From positions 32,001 through 96,000 of the IMG/VR virus record IMGVR_UViG_3300045412_000261: a stretch of DNA of 64,000 nucleotides; one strand, given 5' to 3'. Under the pieces are notes generated by a model, which made no database searches, was not told where the DNA came from, and was given only the letters and a program-made list of their open reading frames with translations. Made by a program: the position numbers and the translations under genes. This DNA comes from a virus. Shown in pieces: positions 37,901-48,943 of the stretch (position 1 is its first letter; every line of letters starts with the position of its first letter).

Positions 37901-39536
37901 CAAATGAATTCCTTTCAGCTGTACTAGAAAGAGATGATGCATTTACTTGATTTACAGATAATGGAGATTTTTCTATATCAGGTCCTTGAATATAAATGTC
38001 AAGCTGCGGTGTCTTTCCATTAGCATCTTTTTCAGAAAATGCGGATATTTGTACGGTATATTCAGTATTAGGAACAGATTTAGATAAAAAAGAATCCTTT
38101 ATCGTTATATTTACTACCTCATTTTCTTGTTTATTGTGCTGTACGCCTAAGGCATTTACTAAATTTCCACTATTTGCGGAAGTAGTTATTCCTCCTGTTC
38201 CTATGTTCTCATATGAGGAATTCTGTTTTCTAAACTTATTTATATCAAAATAACTAGATATATCAGAATTATCTTTTATATCCCCCAATTTCTTATTTTC
38301 TATTCCTCCATTAGCAGAGAATGTATAAGAAGATGGATCAGTTAATTTACTAGTTTTTGGGATTTTAAATTCTCCTAAACTAACAGGACTTCCTACACCT
38401 CCTGCTGCTTTAGCCGAAACTTTTACTCTATCAACATCTCCCGAAATGGGTTTTGCATTTTTTACACATATTTTAGCATATCCTGTTTTCTTTTGTCCAT
38501 CGCTTGTATCCGGACTCTTGAAATAGTCTATACATATATTTGATGCTTCAAATTTAGTTATGTAAATTTCTGCGGATTCTTTTTTCTTATTTACGTATGA
38601 TTGCCTATAAAAAAATTGCTTATCTACTTTTATTTGAGTACTACTAATCACTTCTACAATAGTCGCAGTATAAGAAGGGACTGTAGGAGAATATCCAGAA
38701 GGTAAATCTCCGGGTAAATATTTAGAAATGTCAGGGGTTAAGGAAATGGTTCCTTTTTCCATTTCTTTCTTAAAGGGAGCTCCTGTATTGGCTACTATGG
38801 TGCTAAGATTATTAGCATCTGTTGTTATAGAAACGTTTCCAGAGTTAGCTAAACTTCCGGATGTATTTACCGTAGGGGTAGATTCTATAGGCACTCCCTC
38901 AAATAATTCCGGTATATTAGAGGAATAATTGGATGAATATTGAGATGGTGGAGCAGATGAAACAAAAGATAAACTAACAGCGTGGCAGCTTCCTGTAGCC
39001 CTACTTCCGGAAAAATTTTGAAAAGCTCTTGTTTCAGGAGTCAAATCAACTTTAGGAGGTATTGTATATTTAATATCCCCTATTGTTTTTTTCTTTGTAT
39101 TTACGAGTAAGCTACCAACCCATATGATATTAGGAGAAGATAAATTTGTTAATTTTTTACTTCTTAATACGTCATAATTGGCTGTACCTGCTATGTAAAT
39201 TTCACATTTTCCTATGGGTACGTTATCTCCTATATTAACAGTTACAATAGCAGAACCATTGGCATTTGCGGCATTCTTTATTTCGTGAGGGATTAAATTA
39301 CCTTCTGAATCATAAACTTCAACAAAAACTTGAGTTCCTTTTACTAAATTTTGCGTGGGGTTAATTCCAATCTCATTAGCTCCTTTTAAAAATTCACTAG
39401 GTAATGATAATCCAAAATAATTAGAACTTAAAGCATCACCATCAAACAAAGTAAACTCATTTATATAGCTCTTTATTCCAGAACTAGTCAATCTTTTATT
39501 TTCTTCAGATGATGGTGATGTTAATCCAAAAGCCAT
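34926..39536 (-). CDS. Collagen-like tail fibre with an internal Hint domain and C-terminal peptidase S74 (intramolecular chaperone)
   Basis: About 680-aa beta-rich N-terminus, two long Gly-X-Y tracts, Hint domain CFIPSTKI...ILVHN, and C-terminal [10 protein letters not shown]...KPVNYNW...GIIAQD...VNYDKL...AIQEL. Confidence 0.88.
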   Translation of the reverse strand: MAFGLTSPSSEENKRLTSSGIKSYINEFTLFDGDALSSNYFGLSLPSEFLKGANEIGINPTQNLVKGTQVFVEVYDSEGNLIPHEIKNAANANGSAIVTVNIGDNVPIGKCEIYIAGTANYDVLRSKKLTNLSSPNIIWVGSLLVNTKKKTIGDIKYTIPPKVDLTPETRAFQNFSGSRATGSCHAVSLSFVSSAPPSQYSSNYSSNIPELFEGVPIESTPTVNTSGSLANSGNVSITTDANNLSTIVANTGAPFKKEMEKGTISLTPDISKYLPGDLPSGYSPTVPSYTATIVEVISSTQIKVDKQFFYRQSYVNKKKESAEIYITKFEASNICIDYFKSPDTSDGQKKTGYAKICVKNAKPISGDVDRVKVSAKAAGGVGSPVSLGEFKIPKTSKLTDPSSYTFSANGGIENKKLGDIKDNSDISSYFDINKFRKQNSSYENIGTGGITTSANSGNLVNALGVQHNKQENEVVNITIKDSFLSKSVPNTEYTVQISAFSEKDANGKTPQLDIYIQGPDIEKSPLSVNQVNASSLSSTAERNSFGTFLGSIIGGNNKSEIKKTFTFKATSEDNIKPNFIINAGQWNVSDIDIFPSASDGGTPNEFCLDIPLDNLPIAKIDTEYIFEIEYLNVIGVSANFSTTVYGVKVNIDVTIDEQLLINTFNSSPAFQALIASSSTKGDKGDIGPKGNPGLKGNSGSKGEIGNTVFTGSLNSCNVITVNHGTGIEYPVFTIYSYDGNSVIPENYTAIDENTIQITFGECFKGFVSIAGGGEKGPIGASGSKGDKGSIGLKGQKGNLGFTGPSGSKGDKGNTGPQGNPSFIPGPKGNTGNTGPKGNIGPKGNIGSKGNIGSKGQKGELGPQGNPSFIPGPIGPSGSIGPSGSKGDKGNTGPQGNPSFIPGPKGNTGNTGPKGNIGPKGNIGSKGNIGSKGQKGELGPQGNPSFIPGPIGPSGSIGPSGSKGDKGDKGFSGSIGPTCFIPSTKILTANNSYITIEEVTIGQSIMSYDIDNKILQEDTIIYKHVGKANYLYVINNDIQCTEEHPFYVKGWYDKYWKKAKDLSINDELFNYKTLSYEKISTIFSYATSSTVYNLSVEKNQNFFVEDILVHNMSSPESIGVFAPSPSPSPIPSSKIGPPGPSGSKGDKGSKGDKGSKGDFKGSKGEIGYKGYKGDKGNKGDIGSIGFSGSKGDKGDIGPQGNPSFIPGPTGSKGSKGEIGYKGYKGSKGDIGLTGPKGNTGNTGSKGQKGEIGPSGGPGPKGSAGNPSNIPGPKGNTGSPGPKGQKGEIGPPGGPGPKGSAGNPSNIPGPKGNTGSPGPKGQKGEIGFPGLAGVGAKGSKGDLGPTGPTGPTGLTGPTGNTGPTGLPGSPGPTGPAGPPGPAGPTGPTGPTGPTGQKGQKGERGIGGPFAAFSDRRLKKDIEEIDPVLEQLYSIKPVNYNWNTDELKGVILEVNKNSTSHRVPSNVNDKEVGIIAQDITDGLKTGLLKEFKIEGQKGVLAVNYDKLSVYNLKAIQELYDLVKDLNKRVTKLEKGENHE
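35563..35804. repeat. 111-bp (37-codon) near-perfect tandem duplication in the collagen tract
   Basis: Unit starting CCTATTTCACCCTTTTGTCC recurs at 35563, 35674 and 35785. Confidence 0.9.
36207..36605 (-). other. Hint (intein/BIL-like) domain, 133 aa, no homing endonuclease
   Basis: Starts at Cys (CFIPSTKI), block B CTEEHPF, block [23 protein letters not shown]; the +1 residue is Met. Confidence 0.9.
36640..37127. repeat. 231-bp (77-codon) perfect tandem duplication in the collagen tract
   Basis: Unit starting CCTTTATCACCTTTACTTCCAGAAGG recurs at 36640, 36871 and 37102. Confidence 0.92.
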
Positions 39537-39539
39537 TTA

Positions 39540-42500
39540 TTATGATATTAATTGAGAATGTCCGTTTTCCTTTACAATAAATAGTTCTTTTGATACATAA
39601 TCTTTAACTACATCTAAATGTGATATGCATAATATAAATCTAAAATATGATGTGAGCTCTTCTAAGAATAATCCTACATTAGCTATATTGTCAGAATCTA
39701 ATACACCAAATCCTTCATCTATAAAAAAGAAATCAGGTTTTGGAAGTACAGTAACATGATTTAATGCTGCTCTAATGGCTAAAGATGATATAAATTTCTC
39801 CATGCCAGAAGCTAATGAAAGAGGCCATTTAGGTCCATTTATGTAGCATATATAAACTTCTAATGTTTTATCAGATAACTCAAATTGAACATTGAATGCT
39901 GCTACATTTTTTAAAGCATCATTTACTACATTTTCTAAAACAGGTAAATAGTTTTTAATAATGAAAAGAGGAATTCCATCTCTTCTAGTCGCTTTCTCAA
40001 AAACAAAGTAATTATTATAAGTCAAAGTGTCATCTTTGAACTTTTTCATTTTTAATTTTATGTCTTTAATTTTTGATTCGTTGCTAGTTACTGTAGATTT
40101 ATGTCCACCTATAGTATAAGCTAATTGATATATAGCGTCATCTATTGATTTTTTTTCATCTAGTAACTTAGTTATTTCACTTTCTATTTCAGAGTTCTTT
40201 TGCTTTATATCTTTATATGACTCCTGTTCTTTTAATTTCTCGGAATAATCTAAAATTAAGTTTTTTGAGATTTGTATTTTCTCTTTTATAATATTTGCTT
40301 GATTTTCTATATTGTCCAAATTAGATTTTAGTTTATCTGCTTCGACTTTCTTGTCCTTGTATTTTTTATATAAGGAATCCGATATTTCTAAGTGCTCTAT
40401 ATGTTCTGCTACTTCTTTTTTATTTTGTTTTAGTTTATCTAGTTTTTCAGACAATCCAGGTAATTCTTTTTTAGCCTTTTCCCCATCTAATGCATACTTG
40501 TTGTTTTTTACACAATATACACAGTTAGGATCGTGCTCATAATCTTGTAGATGTTCAATTAATTTATTACTAGATTTTATTTCAGATTCCGTTACAGCTA
40601 TGTCTCTGTCAAGATCAGATAGTTTTTTTCTCACTTCAACTAGATTAGAAGATACATCAACTCTTTCTCCTATATCTTCTAACTCAGATAAATGAGATTT
40701 AAGGGCATTTCTAGCTTCTATAAAAGACTTTCTCTTATCGTCTAAGGATGAACTAAGCATATCTTCATTTCGCCTCTCTGCGTCTATTTTTGTGGCATAA
40801 TCTATATTTTCTTTAGGGTGATGAATTAATTCTTTTCTTTTGTCCTCAATTTTTACATATAGTGCATTAGAATTCTTTTTATTTAGTTCTAAGCTATCTT
40901 CTACTTGAGATAATTTAGTTCTAATTTCTGCTATATTATTTTCACACTCCGTTAAAGATTCATTATACTTTTGCTTTTGGTGGTTCTCAATTTCATATTT
41001 CAATTGCTTCAGATGTTCCTTAGATGTATCATTTAGCTTTTCAAATATATCTATATCAAAATACTTGTATAATAAGTCTTTTTTATCTTTTTGAGTCTTA
41101 TCAATAAAATCAGATTTATTATGTTGATCATACATCGTTATAAGCATAAAATTCTCATAACTTCCTAAATACTTTCTAATAATATCATTCGTCTCATATC
41201 TTTGCTCTCCATTTAAAGAAGTTCCGTCTTCTTTATAAAAATTAACAAGTACTTTTACCTTTCCGTCTTTTCCTTTTTTACCATGTCTTTCTATAAAGTA
41301 AGATTCTCCGGAAACAGATAATTCTAATCTACAATAAAACTCGGTAGATGATGTATTCAGTACCTCCGATCCTAGGCTTGTCTTACTACATTTATCAAAA
41401 ATACAATAAGTCATAGCATCTAGTAATGTGGATTTACCAGAGGCATTTGGTGAAAATAATCCGACAAGTCCACCTAATTCTCCTAGATTGAATACATTAC
41501 CTTCTCCGTATGAAAACATGTTAGAAAATTCAAATCGTATAGGTTTCCAAGTCACGCCTATAAATTCAGAAGGTTCGTCTAATTCTAAAGATGCTGTTTT
41601 ATGTATATCTAAAAACTTATCTGCTTGATATTCCTGTTTTAATTCATTTTGCACATAGTTTTCTAGCATCGAATGTCTCCAATCAAAATCTCTTATAATG
41701 TTTTCTTTTTCTAATGATACTTCCCCTTTGCCTGTATCAACTATGAATTTCGTTATTTTAGGCTTCTTTATTCGGATAACATTATATTTTTTCTCTAATC
41801 CTAAACAAAATGAATCTATAAATTCTTGAGTACAATTTTCGGCAGTGATTGCTACATTAAGATTATAAGGTAAATCTCCAGGTATTTTTTCTACTAATTT
41901 ATCATTCTTTAATTTAAATGTATAATAACAATGAGAAGATGGAATTTTAATAAACTCACTTTTTTTCTTATTTAAATCCCATTCTATAATTCCATGTGTT
42001 AAATCTTCTCCGAAGTTCTGTTGTATCAAACTAGATGGATAAGCTGCTGTTCTTTCTAAATTGAGATATTGATGTTTATGAATGTCCCCTAATAAAATAT
42101 AATCATAATCTGCATGTTCTAATACATCTAAATAATTTCCTTCTAATAGATATCCGTATGCTGTTGCCGAATTTTTTACCGGTCCATGATACAATAATAT
42201 TTTTGTGTCTGCATCAAAAGATTTTGCGGGGATTACATTTTCAATTTTATCTTTAACATGTAATAAACTAAATGCTATTTGTTCATATTTATATACATTT
42301 GTTTCATTCAAGAAATGTATTGTAGGTAAATCTAAACTTTTTATAATGGGAGTTAATGCATCTAATCTTGTTCTATTATTTAGATTTAAGTCATGGTTTC
42401 CTAATATTACTATTGTAGGAAGCATGTTTGCTAATGTAGATAATAATGTAGATACCACTGAGAATAATTCTGGAGACATGTTTGTTTTTGAATGTACGAT

Positions 42501-42671
42501 ATCCCCGCCCAAAAATATAATAGAATTGGGAGTCATTCTTTTCTCAATGATTTTATACAATTTCTCAAACACTTCTATGTATTCTTCATGTCTTTGATAA
42601 TTATAAACATGAATATCTGAAATGTGAAAAATTTTATCGACTTTTCTTCCCGTGTCCTTTAATAGAATCAT
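39540..42671 (-). CDS. Fused Mre11/SbcD nuclease - Rad50/SbcC ATPase (gp47-gp46 fusion)
   Basis: N-terminal metallophosphoesterase (SDIH, GGDIVH, GNHD, LGDIHK), then Walker A SPNASGKST, a coiled coil with a CVYC hook, signature ASGMEKF, Walker B FIDEGFGVLD and ISH. Confidence 0.92.
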   Translation of the reverse strand: MILLKDTGRKVDKIFHISDIHVYNYQRHEEYIEVFEKLYKIIEKRMTPNSIIFLGGDIVHSKTNMSPELFSVVSTLLSTLANMLPTIVILGNHDLNLNNRTRLDALTPIIKSLDLPTIHFLNETNVYKYEQIAFSLLHVKDKIENVIPAKSFDADTKILLYHGPVKNSATAYGYLLEGNYLDVLEHADYDYILLGDIHKHQYLNLERTAAYPSSLIQQNFGEDLTHGIIEWDLNKKKSEFIKIPSSHCYYTFKLKNDKLVEKIPGDLPYNLNVAITAENCTQEFIDSFCLGLEKKYNVIRIKKPKITKFIVDTGKGEVSLEKENIIRDFDWRHSMLENYVQNELKQEYQADKFLDIHKTASLELDEPSEFIGVTWKPIRFEFSNMFSYGEGNVFNLGELGGLVGLFSPNASGKSTLLDAMTYCIFDKCSKTSLGSEVLNTSSTEFYCRLELSVSGESYFIERHGKKGKDGKVKVLVNFYKEDGTSLNGEQRYETNDIIRKYLGSYENFMLITMYDQHNKSDFIDKTQKDKKDLLYKYFDIDIFEKLNDTSKEHLKQLKYEIENHQKQKYNESLTECENNIAEIRTKLSQVEDSLELNKKNSNALYVKIEDKRKELIHHPKENIDYATKIDAERRNEDMLSSSLDDKRKSFIEARNALKSHLSELEDIGERVDVSSNLVEVRKKLSDLDRDIAVTESEIKSSNKLIEHLQDYEHDPNCVYCVKNNKYALDGEKAKKELPGLSEKLDKLKQNKKEVAEHIEHLEISDSLYKKYKDKKVEADKLKSNLDNIENQANIIKEKIQISKNLILDYSEKLKEQESYKDIKQKNSEIESEITKLLDEKKSIDDAIYQLAYTIGGHKSTVTSNESKIKDIKLKMKKFKDDTLTYNNYFVFEKATRRDGIPLFIIKNYLPVLENVVNDALKNVAAFNVQFELSDKTLEVYICYINGPKWPLSLASGMEKFISSLAIRAALNHVTVLPKPDFFFIDEGFGVLDSDNIANVGLFLEELTSYFRFILCISHLDVVKDYVSKELFIVKENGHSQLIS

Positions 42672-43576
42672 AGTAAATTTGTTATTGCTGAGTATTCATT
42701 AATTTCAACTGATCCGTTTATAGCGTCCCATGTTCCTACATATCCTAAATCGCTAGGGTCTTTTGTACCTAAGTCAACTAATTTAGTAGGTATTCCAATA
42801 GCTCCTAGTTCTATACAATATTTTATAGCTTGTTTCTTCTTATCCGGGTCAATAGCAATATAAACTAATGGAGTTTCTTCCATCAGTAATCTATATTTTA
42901 GTTTTTCTGATATTATACTTCCGGTCAAGTAAGTAACATTCCTTTTAACTGAAATGCTATCAAAAAAACCTTCGACAATAACAATAGGATATTTGAAATC
43001 TAAAAAGAATTCATTCACTATAATATCATTTATTTTAACAGAAGCTCCTAAATATTTGTACGGAGAAAGACCCGTAAAGTCTCTCCCCTCAAAAAAATTT
43101 AAATTTCCGTTTTTATCGTATGAAGGTAGTATAATTCTTCCTGCATATTTACCTGATAAGCAATAACCTACTTTATGTCTTATTATATCATGAGCAGTAA
43201 AAAACGGCTTATACTTTTTCAAAAAATCTAAAACAGTTTTGTTAGGTACTTTGTGCAATGACAAATATTCATCAGGCAATTTCAATAAATTAGTCGGAGT
43301 GTCTATTAGGCTATCATTTTTCATTTGATAGTATTCTAAGACATTCTTAAGTTGTTCAATCTGATTTTTTGCTGCTCCGCATTTATAGAAGAGGTTCACA
43401 ATGCTTCTTCCTTTAGTTTCGCAAATCCAACAATGATACTTTTGATTAGTTAAATTTACACTTAACTTCTTTTTATGATGGTTGCAAAAAGGACAATGGA
43501 ACACAATGTCTGATTTACCTGCTGATTCCGAAGAACCTAACACTTCTTCTAAAACTGATAATAATCTAAAACGCAT
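42668..43576 (-). CDS. DNA primase (Zn finger + Toprim)
   Basis: CPFCNHH...YHCWIC, GRIILP, FEGR, IVEGFFD, AIDPD, KDPSD. Confidence 0.88.
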   Translation of the reverse strand: MRFRLLSVLEEVLGSSESAGKSDIVFHCPFCNHHKKKLSVNLTNQKYHCWICETKGRSIVNLFYKCGAAKNQIEQLKNVLEYYQMKNDSLIDTPTNLLKLPDEYLSLHKVPNKTVLDFLKKYKPFFTAHDIIRHKVGYCLSGKYAGRIILPSYDKNGNLNFFEGRDFTGLSPYKYLGASVKINDIIVNEFFLDFKYPIVIVEGFFDSISVKRNVTYLTGSIISEKLKYRLLMEETPLVYIAIDPDKKKQAIKYCIELGAIGIPTKLVDLGTKDPSDLGYVGTWDAINGSVEINEYSAITNLL

Positions 43577-43582
43577 ATATAA

Positions 43583-44029
43583 TTACTTTTTTTCTTCAAA
43601 CCATTGTTTAGGTATGGAATAAGCTGCCCATTTTATATTGTGTTTATTACACCACTCTGCATATGTTGTTTTTGCTCCTTTAGAAAGTCTTACATGCGGA
43701 TCTTGAAATACAATCCTAATATCTAAATGTGGATTACATGTAAGTATATCCAACATCTTCTTACGTTCCTCTAAAGTCCATCTACCTTTAGCTTCTATAA
43801 TAATATTATTAGGTAACTCAAAATCTGCTAAATATGTTCTAGGAGTTTCTGGTTTTACATATTTTATTACTTTCTTCTCATAAAAATCTTTTGGGTTAAT
43901 TCCTAAAGAACCTGATATTTGTAATGCAATAGATTTTTCAAAATTAGACCTATATCCTTCTTTTTGAGCTAATCTAGTTTTAAAAGAATTGTTAAAAAAT
44001 CCTGCCATGTTAATAATCAAATTTAACAA
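43583..44029 (-). CDS. T7 endonuclease I-like Holliday junction resolvase
   Basis: YRSNFE, TYLADFELPNNIIIEAKGRW, HLDIRIVFQ, KTTYAEWCNKH; the true start may be the second Met (44008). Confidence 0.88.
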   Translation of the reverse strand: MLNLIINMAGFFNNSFKTRLAQKEGYRSNFEKSIALQISGSLGINPKDFYEKKVIKYVKPETPRTYLADFELPNNIIIEAKGRWTLEERKKMLDILTCNPHLDIRIVFQDPHVRLSKGAKTTYAEWCNKHNIKWAAYSIPKQWFEEKK

Positions 44030-45665
44030 TAATATTTAAATCAACGTCATCTCTTTTCTTTATTGCCTGTCCCATTTTGCCTACTGCAATTAATTCATTG
44101 TATTTGTTATATAAACCAATAGTAGTTATATAAGGAGATAAAGATCCGGTAAAATCATCTAAATACTCCGTACTCTTAACAGTTTTAGTAGAAGAAGGGT
44201 TCAATGTAAGATTAAAATCACCTTTCTTGATTCTACACAACATTTCAAATTCATACAAAGTTAAAGTATTTTTGTAATAAAGAAACCAATTATTAGATAA
44301 AATTTCATGATATTTTTTATCTATGCTAGTTATTACTAAATTGCCTGTTCTGTAAAAAATATTTCCTACTCTATTTGTCTGATAACATGATATAGATGAT
44401 GTATTATATAAGCTAGATACATTTTGAGATGTTGCTGCCTTATTATAAAATCTTAATTCATCAATAAGTCCTGTATATCCATTTCTTCCATCAAATGAAG
44501 ATGCTCCTATCATAATATCACTCACATTAACAGTTTCATCTTTAACATCTGCTCTTGATGAATTTAATGTTCCATCTACATATAATTGAATATTTGATCC
44601 TGTCTTAACTAAACATACATGATGAAAATTATTATCTAAAATGGAATTAGATGATGTTAACTGCAATGTAGAAAATCCATCAGATCTAGTAAAAGATAAT
44701 TTTCCTGGATGTGGGTGGGTGTGATTATGTACAGAAAAATCGTATGGATAATAATTTACTGGGTAATATTTAAAAGAGGATGATGAAAAAACATCTGTCA
44801 CTAATAAATTACCTTTGTTTATTCTTTTTAATCTACCAAATTCTTCTCTATATAGTATGGATTTTTTGTCAATTAGTGTGTTTTTATTGCTAGTTAATAC
44901 GCTTTGAGATACTGGTGCTTTTAGCCAAAAACTTATTGTAAAATTATCCGCTGATTCAAAACTAACGGTATCAAAATTTTTAGTATGGATATAACCGTCT
45001 CCAAAAAATTCCGCAGCTAATCCTGTTCTAGTTCCATTGATAGGAATACCACTTGAGTAAGCTACTTGATACGCTTTTGATTTTTCTTGCGGTTCTATTA
45101 CTTCACTCTCGTATCTTATATACAAAGTCTTCTTTCCTCCTCTACCGTATCTATATGCCTTATGCGCATCCTGAAATCCCCAATATCCACACAAATTATC
45201 AGGATTTAAAAAAGAACTTGTATTTATACTTCGGTCATATAAATTATTGTGTCCATCATCTACTAAATGTAGATTATTATTTAATCCTTTTAAATATAAA
45301 GTTGTTTCTTTTACTTTATCTCCAAAATTTAAAGATGGTATTGATATTAGACTAGCAGTTAAAAAAAGATTTTTTGATGTTTTATTTCTATCCCATCCCT
45401 CTAATGAATTAGTCCATGTAAATCCTTTTTTATAGTATAAATGATTGAGAGACTTATAAACAATGTATTTATAAGACCCATCCGAATTTTTAGGATATGT
45501 TATATCTTTTGAAGAACTTATATGAATAGGTCCATTATAATAAAGTCCTTGTTGTACTTTATAACCTTGTTTAGAATAACTTCCGGTAAGAATATAATAC
45601 TCTTTATTCACCTCAAAAGGCGCAATATTAAAATCCTCACCTCTTATTGGCGCAAATGTACTCAT
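44010..45665 (-). CDS. Virion protein with a LamG/concanavalin A-like domain
   Basis: FTISFWLK, FHHVCLVK..IQLYVDG, IGA..GLIDELRFYNKA; shares the C-terminal YITTIGLYN..ELIAVGK motif with the next two genes. Confidence 0.78.
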   Translation of the reverse strand: MSTFAPIRGEDFNIAPFEVNKEYYILTGSYSKQGYKVQQGLYYNGPIHISSSKDITYPKNSDGSYKYIVYKSLNHLYYKKGFTWTNSLEGWDRNKTSKNLFLTASLISIPSLNFGDKVKETTLYLKGLNNNLHLVDDGHNNLYDRSINTSSFLNPDNLCGYWGFQDAHKAYRYGRGGKKTLYIRYESEVIEPQEKSKAYQVAYSSGIPINGTRTGLAAEFFGDGYIHTKNFDTVSFESADNFTISFWLKAPVSQSVLTSNKNTLIDKKSILYREEFGRLKRINKGNLLVTDVFSSSSFKYYPVNYYPYDFSVHNHTHPHPGKLSFTRSDGFSTLQLTSSNSILDNNFHHVCLVKTGSNIQLYVDGTLNSSRADVKDETVNVSDIMIGASSFDGRNGYTGLIDELRFYNKAATSQNVSSLYNTSSISCYQTNRVGNIFYRTGNLVITSIDKKYHEILSNNWFLYYKNTLTLYEFEMLCRIKKGDFNLTLNPSSTKTVKSTEYLDDFTGSLSPYITTIGLYNKYNELIAVGKMGQAIKKRDDVDLNIIVKFDY

Positions 45666-45666
45666 A

Positions 45667-48600
45667 TTAATACTTGAGTTTTACAGTAAAGATAGACTCC
45701 TCTGTAAAGTTTTTTAGTATAGGTTTAGTTAATTTACCTACAGCAACAAGTTCTCTTTGAGCATTATATAGACCTACGGTAGTAATATAAACTTGAGGAT
45801 TATTTACAAAATTTTCGTATATTTCCCCGTTTGTTTCGTTAAGTCTTTTAGCAAGCTCCTGTCCTTCCGGAGAATTAGGATCCAATGGCATAGATAAATC
45901 TCCTGGATTCGTTGGATTTTCTTTCTTGTTGTAAATAAAATAGCTGCTATTATTTGTAAAATTAAATTCTCTATTATTAATTCTTATAAAATAGTAATCA
46001 TTATATTCTCTAATTATCCTTCTAGCTTTCATTCCTAAATAATCTCCACTAATATCTTGAATTAGTGCAGATCCTGAGAATGATTTATATAATTTAATAC
46101 CATTATATCCTTCTATTTCTGATGCCTTTGATGTTGCAAAAGAAGCAGATAAATCTAATTTATTACCGTCTAAAATAGCTATGCCTAAAGAAGGGATTAA
46201 TTTACCGTAATAATGAGGATTAGATTCATTATAAACTCCTGTCTCTAAAGTTCCGGATACTATGTTATATGAATACCCTACATCTGTATAATCTGGGTTT
46301 ATATTTATTTTTGAATCGTCAATCAATCTTAAAACTTTATTGTTTCCGGCTAACTTTACATTTGATCCCGTATGAGTAGATATAGTTCCTCCTCCGGCTA
46401 AGAATTGAGAGCCTGATAGATGAGCAATATTGAGTTCTAAAACTCCTGCATCTAATCTATCTTTTAATCTTTTAGACTGATAATTAATAACATAAATACT
46501 ATCCGTTTCTTTTCCGGTAAGATTAAATTTAATATCTCTTTTTCCTAATACTAGATTTCTGTATTGTGCATAGATGGCTTTTGTTGGTGTAATGTTTATT
46601 TTATTACCTTCATCTAAAGATCCCGAACCGCCACTATGTCCATAAGCTATACTAAATTGAATAGAAGCTGTTAAGGACGTTTTTGGATTTTCATCATATA
46701 CATGTGTATAATATCTGCTGTAATTTTCAGAAGTACTTCCTGTAAAGAATGTAACTAAATTTCTTACATTGTTTGAGAATAGCCCTTCTGTTATATCAAA
46801 CACATATTTTCTATTATCTATTTGATTTATTTGCTTCAACCATGAAGCTCTAGGTATAAATCTAGTAGTTGTTGGAGGTGGGGGCGGCGGAGGTGGGGGC
46901 GGGGGCGGGGATACTGGTCCTGGTCCGCTAGGTACTGGAGGTGGGGGCAGTGTTCCAGGGTCAATTGGTCCTGTAGGTCCAGTAGGTCCTGTAGGTTCGG
47001 TAGGTCCTGTAGGTCCAGTAGGGGGAGTTCCTGTAAATCTAGTATAAGTAACTCTTAAATAATTTCCGAACTCTCTCCGCCCAGGAGGTACATTATCTTC
47101 AACTCTGTTTAAAACAAAAGTAGCCTGGGGAGGTGTTTCCCACCCTGTAACAGGGCTAAAAGTTATTGTATTTACCGAAGTTGATTTACTAAAATATTGT
47201 TTATTACCTATTTCGTAAGTATAGGAAGATGCAGAAGGTCCGAGTTGAGATAAAGTAATGTCTGTAAATGAAGGGACAGATAGACGCGTTGTTTTATCAT
47301 TAGATATTGTTACAATAGGCTTCGGAAAACTAGATGCGTTTAATATACGACCATTTTCTACAAATTGAACTTGAATTCTTAAAGTACCATCTTCTGAATA
47401 AATAGAACTTCCTCCTGTTTCTGTTCCTCCCCCTGGAGTTCCACAACTAGGATCAGGTGGATTAGAATCAAATCTATAATTAAACCCAGGTAAGTTTTGA
47501 TAGTCTTTTAAAAAATCATCTAATGTTTTTTGAGTTAAAGCGGGTTGATTTCCATCATAATATAAAGCTCTTGAAACTCTTTTAACCATACCTCCTTCGC
47601 AGTATACAACGTATATTGTTTTAGTATCCGGGATACATATAGGATTTTCTGGTTCTTTATCTATGGCAAAAGTGTAATTGCCTCTAATTAAAAAATCTTT
47701 GCTGTTTAATTCTCTAGATTTAAACTCTTGTAATTTAGCATTAAAATTAGATTCGCTTCCGTCAAAAGGAATATATGATGATGCTACATCATAATTTTTT
47801 ATAATTCCGTCTTCACAATACTTAACATTTACTTTTCTAAAAACAGGAGGGGGTGGAGTCCCTGTTCCAGTTGCACAAACAGCTTTAACCGGTTTTACGT
47901 CATAACTAGTAGCGAGTCCTCTACCAAAGCCTAAATTTTTAGCTGTATTTTCATAATCTATTTTCTTTTTTTCTAATTCAGATTCATTGTTATATTGTAT
48001 TGTTACAGAACTTTCTACCGCCCCTGATTCAGTACAATATGTAACATATAAAATTTTAGATTTTGATAAACAAGAAGGTATGGAAACAGGCTGAGTATCT
48101 ACTATGGCGTTTGGATCTATTAATCTATACTCTCTTTGAATAGAAGCTATTTTATTATTTCTATCATCATTTGAACTGACAGATATTGTTCTTATTCCAA
48201 ATCTTGGTTGACCGCCTTCACAATATGCGTAATATAAATTTACATTTGAACTAGATGGAGGCGAGCTAGGAGGAGTAGATGAAGTTCCAGGTCCAGTAGG
48301 TCCTTGTGGCGGTGAAACTATAGGTACGCAAGAAGATGGAGATGCAGGAGATAAAGTTACGGATACTTCTGTGAAACCTAAATTTTCTAAAGATCTCTGT
48401 ATGCCCCGTATTTTAACGGATCTATCATTTAAATCTGTATATGTTATTGTATCTCGAGTAAATACTGGTGTTGTATTATTACAATAGGTTATGTATATTG
48501 TAGATGATGTTGAACGTGATATATCTTCTATACCACCAAGATTTCCAAAATCAGGAGTAAAACATGTTATAGGGGGAGCGGGTGAATTTATTCCTATAGT

Positions 48601-48909
48601 GTAAGGAATGTTCGCAGCTCTATAATTACTAGTAGCTTGATCAATAGCATTTTGTATAGCATTAGGATCATTTGTATTTATATTATAGGTAAAACTAATA
48701 TTATTTGAATTATTATTTATGCAATAACTTATATTAACGGTTAAACTAGTTGTGCTTGGAGTTTTGGTTATAGGATTATTTGGATCATAAAACCATTGGT
48801 CATAGTTATTTTGATAATTCTGCCTATCAAAAAAAGATAAACTATTTAAAAAAGTTTGTTGATCTTGTTCAGATAGGTAATAAAATACTGCGTAATCTAT
48901 AAAATCCAT
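45667..48909 (-). CDS. Virion structural protein with Cys-bracketed repeats, a Pro-rich linker and a conserved baseplate-type C-terminal domain
   Basis: Six YC...C modules and a GPT/poly-Pro linker; the C-terminal ~390 aa is paralogous to 48944..50041. Confidence 0.7.
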   Translation of the reverse strand: MDFIDYAVFYYLSEQDQQTFLNSLSFFDRQNYQNNYDQWFYDPNNPITKTPSTTSLTVNISYCINNNSNNISFTYNINTNDPNAIQNAIDQATSNYRAANIPYTIGINSPAPPITCFTPDFGNLGGIEDISRSTSSTIYITYCNNTTPVFTRDTITYTDLNDRSVKIRGIQRSLENLGFTEVSVTLSPASPSSCVPIVSPPQGPTGPGTSSTPPSSPPSSSNVNLYYAYCEGGQPRFGIRTISVSSNDDRNNKIASIQREYRLIDPNAIVDTQPVSIPSCLSKSKILYVTYCTESGAVESSVTIQYNNESELEKKKIDYENTAKNLGFGRGLATSYDVKPVKAVCATGTGTPPPPVFRKVNVKYCEDGIIKNYDVASSYIPFDGSESNFNAKLQEFKSRELNSKDFLIRGNYTFAIDKEPENPICIPDTKTIYVVYCEGGMVKRVSRALYYDGNQPALTQKTLDDFLKDYQNLPGFNYRFDSNPPDPSCGTPGGGTETGGSSIYSEDGTLRIQVQFVENGRILNASSFPKPIVTISNDKTTRLSVPSFTDITLSQLGPSASSYTYEIGNKQYFSKSTSVNTITFSPVTGWETPPQATFVLNRVEDNVPPGRREFGNYLRVTYTRFTGTPPTGPTGPTEPTGPTGPTGPIDPGTLPPPPVPSGPGPVSPPPPPPPPPPPPTTTRFIPRASWLKQINQIDNRKYVFDITEGLFSNNVRNLVTFFTGSTSENYSRYYTHVYDENPKTSLTASIQFSIAYGHSGGSGSLDEGNKINITPTKAIYAQYRNLVLGKRDIKFNLTGKETDSIYVINYQSKRLKDRLDAGVLELNIAHLSGSQFLAGGGTISTHTGSNVKLAGNNKVLRLIDDSKININPDYTDVGYSYNIVSGTLETGVYNESNPHYYGKLIPSLGIAILDGNKLDLSASFATSKASEIEGYNGIKLYKSFSGSALIQDISGDYLGMKARRIIREYNDYYFIRINNREFNFTNNSSYFIYNKKENPTNPGDLSMPLDPNSPEGQELAKRLNETNGEIYENFVNNPQVYITTVGLYNAQRELVAVGKLTKPILKNFTEESIFTVKLKY

Positions 48910-48943
48910 TTCACACTATGTTTTCGCTATTAAATATTGATTC

